From Octopus vulgaris (taxonomy: Eukaryota), in assembly GCA_951406725.2 (NCBI GenBank), contig OX597816.1:41106001-41170000 (forward strand): DNA of 64,000 nt. Reading direction: 5' to 3'. Under the pieces are notes generated by a model, which searched no databases, was not told where the DNA came from, and saw only the letters and a list, made by a program, of their open reading frames with translations. Below are positions 54,735 through 64,000 of the stretch, piece after piece (the first letter of the stretch is position 1; the number at the start of each line of letters is the position of its first letter). The translations under genes were made by a program, and so were the position numbers.

Positions 54735-57135
54735 TTATTAAAAAACTTTATTGGTGACCTTCATATGAGAAATAACTTTTAAGGTGAAAATTAAACAATT
54801 ATGGATAAAAGCAGAAAGAAAAGATTTTCTTTGCCAATATGCTGAAAAATAGACGCGAAATCGTCTAACCACATTAAATATTTTCACTTGCATTATATAA
54901 CTGAACCATATGCACCGAGAAACCAGCAGTTTTCCTTGAAGGGCCAAAACTTAAAACCCCTTTATCCGGTTAATCTGTCCCAGTAAATCCGATGTAGGCA
55001 AAATTAGCAAAACTATCATAGACAGAATATTACCTGGAATAAAAACATAATGTTGAGCTACCTCCTTGGAATTCCACTGGTGACACAATCACATGGTTCC
55101 ATTCTTTCAATTATAAACTTCGGACCAATTCGATATTTCTGATTAGTACTGATCTATAACACCAAACTTATTAAATTAAGTGGTGCATTAACATTTGCCA
55201 GAAACTATGCAACCATTTCGCTAGCTGATATGAACCTAATTTTGGCAGCTAGAAAAAATTTATTAAATTTAAACACAAAGATTGGACTAGAAGTACATCA
55301 TCGGAGATTTTCGATATCCCGGTGGGATCATCTGACTCATCCGATATAATTGATCTTGTGGGTCGGTTTCTCCCCTCAGAATAAATCACGCTTTTCCAAC
55401 ATCGAAAATGGACTCTACAGAAATGATGCTCTGTTTGCAATTAAAAACTTATCTGTATTTGAGATCGAATGAGGTAAGAAATCCACGATCAAATTCTTCA
55501 AAAGCTTTAACTTAAATTTTGTTTTTGAAATAAATAATACGGTGGCTAATTCCCTGGACGTCACACTGAACCTAAACACTGACTTATAGTACGCATATAG
55601 GAAATCTAATTGAACTCTGCAATATTTGACTTCCCTTTCTTATCACCCTATGTCAACTCTCAATAGCTTAAAAACAGCCGTATATGTCTGAACCTCGAAC
55701 CTTATCTGCTAATGAGAAGATATTTCACACACATGCTCCCTAATATAATAATGCTTTGAAATTAAGTGGTTATAAGGATAATATATTTTATATTCCTGAC
55801 AAAAAACTAAAGATAAAATTGGATAAATTATTCATGGGTTACAACTTTGAATCTAAATTACTGGTCTTCCCGTTAAATGAGCCGGTGAAATATATAAATA
55901 ATCGGATTATGGGCCAAGCTCGAAAAAATAACACGCCGTCTAGAAATTACGATAATAATATATTCTATAACTCTAACCATTTAAATGAAACCAAGTCCTG
56001 TAAATCAAGGAAAAGTGGAATTATATGGTTCGCCCCCTCCCCTATTCGCAGTTCAGCTCAGAAAATTGCCGAAAATATCTTTTTAGATTTTGAGGGAAAA
56101 TTTCCTAAGGCATCATAACTATTACTCTGTCTTCAGTAAATCATCTGTGAAGCTTTCGTATTCTACTACTCCAAATTTAGGATCAATCATAGCCTCCATA
56201 AATTGAACAAAACTTAGACACTCTAATCATATAATCATATTAGTACTAATATAAGCAATATGGCTGGCTGCCCCACATCGGTCGAGGGTCCTGTAACTTC
56301 AATTAAATGCAGGAACAATGATGGTACACGAACTAAAACATGTAACACTCATAACCCGGATAAATGCCCGTTTGCTGGATTTTGTTTGCGCAGTAACGTG
56401 TTTTATAAGTGCCATGTAGAGATCCCTAACGTAAATAGGGCTTAGGTCTATATAGGAAGTACGGTTGATGTTAAGCGTCGCTACAGTCTCACTTGAACTC
56501 CTTTAATAATTTACGATATAAATTTTCAATAACGCTAGCCACATACATACAAGATCTCAAGTTGATCAGTACACAATATTATTTATCCTGGTCCTTTATA
56601 CACAGTTACTTTATACGCAATTTACTACTACTATCTTGACAATATTTATGATCATTCCTAGCAATGAACTGTCAACACACACTTACCCTTCATTCCAGAC
56701 ACAGTCCTCTAGTGTCAGATTTAGTAGGTGATAACAAGACAAATAATTTAGAAATGAATGACAATCCTTTACAAGCTATGAGCCCAGTAAGCTCAATGCC
56801 TTTCTTGGAAGTTTAGTCTATTAGTGCACCTCTCGACAACATGGATTTCTTCCATCTTCATACTCTATTAAAATATCTGAGAAAAATTATATTAATGTGT
56901 CCAACTGATTTAAATTCTAATTATTTGTACTGCTGATGATAGCCCTGAATTTAAATTGATGTAATGACTGCATTTTTCAATTAAATAGAGCCGCTTGAAA
57001 CAGTCGTGCTGCATCATTTCTTGATATTCTGTTGCTTATTTCGATTTTATTCACCTTACTTCGAGCTGTGTGGACAATACCGGACTGACTTGATGCTTCA
57101 GCTTAAGTATCCAATTGGACTGAATCTCAAATATT
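54735..57135 (+). mobile_element. Decayed Naiad-like PLE (RT, Zn-finger-like linker, GIY-YIG, pseudo-LTR)
   Basis: RLICPSKSDVGKISK, GSSDSSDIIDLVG, GLYRND (55410, YRDD motif), LDVTLNL, IIWFAP, KLSYSTTPNLGSII, CNTHNPDKCPFAGFCL, YIGST; HHR-like motif in the tail. Confidence 0.85.
56926..57014 (+). ncRNA. Decayed HHR-like motif in the PLE pseudo-LTR
   Basis: CTGATGA (56933) long stem II GAAA (56997) CAGTC GTG CTGCAT; the GUG triplet predicts no cleavage. Confidence 0.55.
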
Positions 57136-57152
57136 TCTTAACTCATCAAACA

Positions 57153-57207
<55 letters not shown>

Positions 57208-57895
57208 GATGGCGGTCCACTCATGACCGAGGAAGTCCATTGCTGACCTTCAGGAACATGGTCCGTTCTAGGACTAACTTACATTTTACATTTGTATCTC
57301 CGCTGGTGGCTACACGACTGCAAACATTGCAAACTAAGGTTTCCCCATTCACTACACCAGCAGTGCACTTTGGAGCAGCACGCTTAAGGTCTTCAAGCGG
57401 AATAGTGCTCTGTCAAAGGTCTCGATCCCTCCTTAAGCTGCTTCTTCCGTATGTGGCGATGATAGTCTTAGCTCTACCAGTCAGTCTCCTGCATATCATA
57501 GGCCTTTAGAGGAGGACTTGACACAGACCTTAAATCGCACCCTTCTGCCAGGTTCGCTTTCCATTAACAAGTTCCACATATGGCATTTGCCTAGGTATCC
57601 TGCTATCCTTCATTGTAATAAGATGTCCTGTTCAACGTAACCGGTGCTTGTGCACCATCACCTCAAAATTCAAGATATTCACTGTCCTCAGGATCTGTGT
57701 GTCTGGAGTTTTTAAGGTCCTGCCAACATTCAGAATTTGTTTGAGACATCTCTGATAAAAGCGTTCAAGGACCATTACATGATGTTTGTAAAGGGTCCAT
57801 GTCTCACATGACTAAAGGAGCGATGTCAGTACACTTGAACGGTACACAGCAATTTTTGTTTCCTTTGTCATGCCATGCAGGGAGCAGACACGAGA
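57208..57895 (-). mobile_element. RTE (BovB-like) LINE 3' end
   Basis: TKIAVYRSSVLTSLL*SCETWTLY..LERFYQRCLKQIL..RLR*TGHLITMKDSRIPRQM. Confidence 0.9.
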
Positions 57896-58574
57896 ATGAG
57901 AAATGTACACATCTTAGTAATATGATGATGTGAATTGTGTAAATGTGTAGAAAAATTATAATTTCTTGAATTTTACGTCATACGTTCTCTAATTTTATCT
58001 ATCTTGTATTTTTCAGATAAAAATGTTTCTATTATAAATTATGTAGTTAATATACACCTCCTACAAAATTTATTGTAAATGATGAACATAGTTTACAGTA
58101 TATACACGAAAAAGCCCATTCGGATAAATGAAGTAGAAATATAAGCATCTTAGCTTTCTACTGTCGTCCTCCAATTTTGACCTCTACTACTGTATTTATG
58201 CATATTCATATCCGAAACACATAAGATAAGTATAGTCTTAGAGAATTACGTCCTATGTAGATTGTTCCCATACACACACACACATGCTGATGTGATTTTC
58301 AAATTTCACCAGAGAATCACTAAGAATAAAATGCATGAGGAGAAACGCTACATGTATCATACTCACTAAACAAAGTATACCGAGGTCCATCGCCTGCAGG
58401 ACATTATTAACGCACTATTTTCCGAACCAGTACAGCAAAAATGGACATCAAAGTAAAGGAAATAGACACTCAAAGAAGCACCGATTTATAATAATAACTC
58501 ACCTCAATGCTTTTTGAAAGCAAGGAATTATTCTCCAGCTAACACAGCGTTATGTATATCCCTAAGCAACAATG

Positions 58575-58837
58575 ATATCCAGAGTTAATGTAGTACGATC
58601 TGTTCTAATTTAATTAAATTCTATGTTTTTGTGCAACTGAAGATTGCTGTACATTTTGAATTGATGTAATGATTGTAATGTTCAGTTAATTGGAATTGCA
58701 TGAAACGATCGTACTGCATTACTTCTGGATATCCTTGTTGCTTATTTTGATTTTAATGACTTATTTTGAAATTTTATTGATAATACCATACTAAATTCTG
58801 GTGCCTCAACTTAAGTACCATATTTATCTGAATCTAA

Positions 58838-58840
<3 letters not shown>
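58575..58840 (+). mobile_element. Solo PLE pseudo-LTR related to 56875-57135
   Basis: Shared AATTGATGTAATGA, TTGCTTATTT and CTTAAGTA..CTGAATCT blocks. Confidence 0.7.
58631..58719 (+). ncRNA. Type I hammerhead ribozyme-like motif
   Basis: GTGCAA CTGAAGA TTGC..GCAT GAAA CGATCG TA CTGCAT; palindromic CGATCG and a GUA triplet. Confidence 0.7.
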
Positions 58841-58933
<93 letters not shown>

Positions 58934-58936
58934 ATC

Positions 58937-58971
<35 letters not shown>

Positions 58972-59245
58972 TTGTGTGTATATAAATTATAGATATAGAT
59001 ATGTTTATGTTTATATATATTTATAAAATTTAGTAAGAAAAACAGAATGTCTTCTCTATCTATTATTAAAAATACACTAAACGTGAACCGAGGAATTCCT
59101 TACGTATATCCTGCGACTAAAGTGGTGTACCGCGGATGAAGCCTGGTAGCCGTGAGTGGCGAACGGGTTCCCAAGGCGCACTACTAGGAATATACCTAGG
59201 ACAAGGTTTGGATACTACATTTTAAAGTCTCCTATTTAAACATAA

Positions 59246-59305
<60 letters not shown>

Positions 59306-60465
59306 TATATACAAATCCAGCATTACACACGCACAAACACACACAACGCACAATATTCTTATAATACTTTGAGCTACCATGATTAGGTTCATAGTCTGAA
59401 GGACGTTATCAATTATTGTCGTCCGTGGTCATAATATGGGTGAAATATTTAGAGGGAAAATGCTAACGGCCAGAGACATGTAGTAATTCCATCTCAAGAG
59501 GTTTGTTTTCGAATATCGTATGATATATAATATTAGTTTTCAGGCTACAACTGACAGGTTATTTATAATTCTATACATTGGCTTCAAACACTTATATGGA
59601 TGTATTTATTAACGTCTTTTCGTGTGGAGCTTTACCTATTATTTCCTTTGTGTCTTCAAAACAGATAATTCATAAACATATTTTTTAGATATCATCCGTC
59701 AAAACATATTTAGCTGATTAGTATTGGTTCCTTTGCAAGTTATAAGATTTGTTTTCTAAGTAGTTTGGCAGTATTTTTGAAAGATTAACTGTCTGTTAGT
59801 TGTGTAACTTGTGTCGTTATCGAAGTAATTTTATCTATAGATAGAATATTTTGCAAAGTAAAAAAACAATATTCAACATATTAACTTAAATGGCCACATT
59901 TTACTTAATATCCAAGTGTGAAGCGCAATAGGCGATATGATGTACACTAATGTCGTTATTGAAACGACTCTCTTTTTTAACTTATCGAAACCAATGAGTC
60001 TGTTGTGAACAGATGCAAATCTATCTCTTCCAATAGTACTAAATATTATTTATTGAGTGCAGCATGGTCGGCTTACCTCCACTTTGAATATTTAACCTTT
60101 TACAAGATATGACTAAGTTCAGGAATCATTAAAACTATCTATATTTTAAAGTAACTCACAGACATATACACACCTACACATACATGCTGAAATACATAAA
60201 TAAGCATATCTGAGTTATGAGGTTTTAAGAAATATGAGATAACTTATAGCATTAACAGAGAAGGATTGGATGCGCAAACTTTGAAGTGCATAATCCTCAC
60301 AAGCCTGCATTTAAGATTCGTTTGTGCTAGTTTACATTTATCTAGAATGTTTATTTAGAGTCTTTCTTCTTTCATTGCTTAGCGTCTACACAATAGCAGC
60401 TTCATTTTTCCTAGATGCAATTCCAAATAACTTCATGCATATATATGAAAAGGGAAACGGAATTA

Positions 60466-61193
60466 TCAGGTCATTCCATAAGTTCTGTCCGATTTTACCT
60501 TTTTTTAAAAGTCGAATGAAATTTAATAGAATGTCTAATGGAATTGAAATTTATTTTTATGCCTTTGTGTACATTTAAACTAATTAAAATGTATTTTACA
60601 GAATAATAGAATTAAAATTTATTTGATTAAAACCCTTTCTAACATGGAAATATCCAAAGAGCATTTAAGGCACATAATGCTTTATGAATACAAAAGAGGA
60701 AACTCTGCAGCCGAAGCGACTCGAAACATATATACACGCCATTTATGGGAAAGAATGCTTGAATGAAAGAAGTTGCAGAAGATGGTTTGCATTAGTGAAT
60801 TGAAAAGGATACTTTTTCATCAGGACAATATGCGACCCCACACTGCAAAGATCACATCCCAGAAGATCGAAGAGTTTAGTTGGAAAAAGGTCCTCATCCA
60901 CCTTAGTCTCCCGACCTTGCTCCTTCAGACTACCGTTTGTTTCGTAGTTTACAGCATCATTTGGAGGACGTAACTTTAGCAAGCCAGGAGGAGGTCGAAA
61001 CTGATATTTCAGAGTTCTTCTCTTTGAAACCAAAAGAGTTTTACATTGATGGGATTAAAAAGCTTGAAAACAAATGGAAGGAAGCCATAGATAATCAGGG
61101 AAGTACATTGATGATTAAATTTCAATTAAATGTAACATTTGATCACTTGTATTCTTTGTTCAAAATTGGTACAGAACTTATGGGATGACCTGA
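60466..61193 (+). mobile_element. Internally deleted mariner
   Basis: TIR TCAGGTCAT(T/C)CCATAAGTTCTGT with TA flanks; HTH part MEISKEHLRHIMLYEYK..CRRWFA is joined directly to FHQDNMRPH..SPDLAPSDY. Confidence 0.92.
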
Positions 61194-63489
61194 TATATGA
61201 GAAAATACTTCGCAATGTTTCGTGTCAGATCACAGTTATGTAGCAGGCCAATACTAAAATACCCTCCTACTAGTCTAGTCTCTCTGATAAAGTATAAGAT
61301 TGCTCTCATCAAATAATAATTTTCACAAAGCGCTTGATTGTTAAATAGGATAAAGTGTTTTGTTTGCCGTCCTCGTCGTTACGTCTGATCTAGTGTAAGA
61401 AGATGATGAACAACGACATATTCCACGGAATTCAAGTTACATGCGTGAGGGCTGACATTTTTTTTTACGTCTGAAATTTATATATCACGAAATATCCAGT
61501 ACAAGAAAAATCTAAAATAGTTTAAACGAGCTGTGTTTGAAGAAAAAGAAGTAAAAAAAAAAGACAACTATTCACTGTTTCTTGAAAATAATAATGTAAT
61601 TTCCTGTTCTCATTTCGTTAATTGGAACACGATCTCAATTTCTGCAAATCCTGGACTACAACGAGTAGGACAGAATGAATACACAGCCGATCGAAATTAC
61701 AAATGATTCGCTAAAACGGTTAGCAGTTCAGCGATAGCATCAATCATCCTCTACAGAGAAGAATGCTTTGAGAAAGAACTGAAATTTTTGCTGTTTTTAT
61801 ACGTAGACTATCGAGTGTAACTTGTATAATGACTTTGAGATATTTGAGAATTATATGTCTTACATAACAGAAAAAAGAACCCACTTTGCAAGGTATTATA
61901 TTAGTCAAACATTTCCAAGTTGTCGTGAATAATAATAAGCCTTTGCTTCTAATTCATTTATTTTTCACGCATCTTTCATACAAATGATGGAAATCCCAGA
62001 TGATTTCTACATTTTTCAAAGAGTAAATTTTTTAGAATTCCTATTTGGATTCGTAATTTTCTACCTGTCTCATCTTTTATGCATTTCACTAGGACATCTT
62101 ATCTATGGTTTTTCTCAGCTTTATCAGTGCGTATCACAGCGAATGTGTTCAATGAATAATTCTGTATTCATTTCATTGAGTCTCTGCTAATATTCTTTTT
62201 TTTTTTTATTCTTCAGATTTCAAGGAAAATGTCTTCCTTTGATATTACACGTTTTAGAAGACTTCTTCCATACTTGCCAAAAGCGTTTTCGTACGGAGTG
62301 ATGTATAAATTGAACCTATTAATGTTCTAATATTTTTCAGAATTTAGACAGAATAATCGATGTCACATTCCATGTCATAAAACAGCTGACAGTATCAATA
62401 TGTAGCATTGGTCTCCAAACTACTCAGTAAAATTTTCTTCCAGTTAAATAATTTAGTATTTTATTTAACGAAACACAATAATACAATAGTCACAAAAATC
62501 TCAGATTGAAATAGGTTTCTAATTCAGAAGAATTGAATACGTGCTATATATATTCTGTGAAATATTTTCACATACACGTTATTATTAATCTAGTGAACTA
62601 GAAACATTAGAAACGAATTATTCGATTACTGGACATCATTCTAGCGACATTTGAAAATAGCGGCCTAATTCCTTATCCTCCATTCTTTCGAAATAACTAT
62701 TTTTGTTATAACTATTTTTGTTATATAAACCTTAGATTTGTTGAACACGCATCAAGAATAGGATGTTTTATCATCGATATATTATATAAAATATGAAAAG
62801 CGAACAAAGAATAGTTATTCAGCTTTGGCCTGGCAGTTAAAGAAATATGGAAAAGTAAACTTATATTCATGTGAAAGGGACACATATGTAATGCAATCTC
62901 CAAACAAATTCACAAAATTTACTGATCTCTCCTTCCCTTGTCATACATATTTCTTCAAAGTAACATCTAAGTCCTGTATTAAACTCTCAGCCCATTAGGT
63001 TGTCTCACGATGCTATCGCTTTAACAGTTTTCTATAACTTTGAGGTGGCAATCCAAATGGAATATAATCGGTCACACACTTACCAGACTCGGGGAAAAAG
63101 AGACAGTCATCAAGACACCATTATAGGGACAAAACCATTTAATGATGAATAAATATCACGTTGAATACGTGAACATCAGATATTAAAGTACAATATGATG
63201 CGCGCGCCTATAAGAATGCATACATACATACATACATACCTATATATATATGTATATATACGTCACTAAGGGGACTAAGGAGGCAAGAGTGCCGATGTTG
63301 CTAGAAAGTGGAGTCAGAAAAAGTATAAGCCACAGGAAAGACTTATCTAATGACTGGCAAGGGAGACAAGTTCCCTTTAGCAAGCGAGACACAGCCAGAT
63401 TACCGATGATTTCAGATCTGACGAATACTTATCAGTGATTCTCTCTCGGTTGCTAAGGCTTGAAGATAACTCGTCATGTCAGTTTATAG

Positions 63490-63735
63490 TAAATGCCGTA
63501 GGAATCAGAGGCTGATTCCATAAATGGTAAAAGTACAAATAATAAATCATTGTGGTGGCTTATTCACAATTTACGATCCAAAGGCACAAATATACATCTC
63601 ATTAAGGTGACTTAGGGTGCTAGTCAGCACCAGCACACATGTGTCCTTTAGAAAATTGCGAATAAGCCACCTTAATAATATAAGGTTTGCATGTTTACCA
63701 TGTATGGAACCAGCCTCTGATTCCTACGGTATTTA
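63490..63735. mobile_element. MITE / foldback with ~85-bp TIRs
   Basis: TAAATGCCGTAGGAATCAGAGGCTG..GGTGGCTTATTC is mirrored by GAATAAGCCACC..CAGCCTCTGATTCCTACGGTATTTA. Confidence 0.85.
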
Positions 63736-63757
63736 ACACAAATTATATGTATATTGC

Positions 63758-63792
<35 letters not shown>

Positions 63793-63876
63793 TGTATGTA
63801 TATATATATATAGACATATATGTATGTATAGATATATGCATATATATATGCATATATATATGTATATGTTTATACA

Positions 63877-63957
<81 letters not shown>

Positions 63958-64000
63958 ATGTGGTTGCTCCAAACATGAACGAAGAGAAATCACAACAACA

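Overview
AT-rich, repeat-saturated eukaryotic non-coding DNA (intergenic or deep intronic). The SINE families resemble those I associate with Octopus, which is an inference from recognition, not a search. I found no intact host gene; nearly all ORF-track entries are microsatellite translations or broken transposon frames. The window holds a decayed R4/Dong-type LINE, Penelope-like element (PLE) relics of Poseidon-, Neptune- and Naiad-like types, RTE fragments, three Tc1/mariner elements, a Chapaev3-like element, three Helitrons, two Merlin-like MITEs with TTAGGG repeats, other MITEs and many tRNA-derived SINEs. The strongest signal outside the ORF track is a set of seven minimal type I hammerhead-ribozyme (HHR)-like motifs from about five sequence families, plus weaker vestiges. 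They include one in the tail of a tRNA-headed SINE and a family with a non-canonical CUGURGAA core. A PLE also shows a twin-priming-type 5' inversion. All structures were read by eye and boundaries of decayed elements are approximate.
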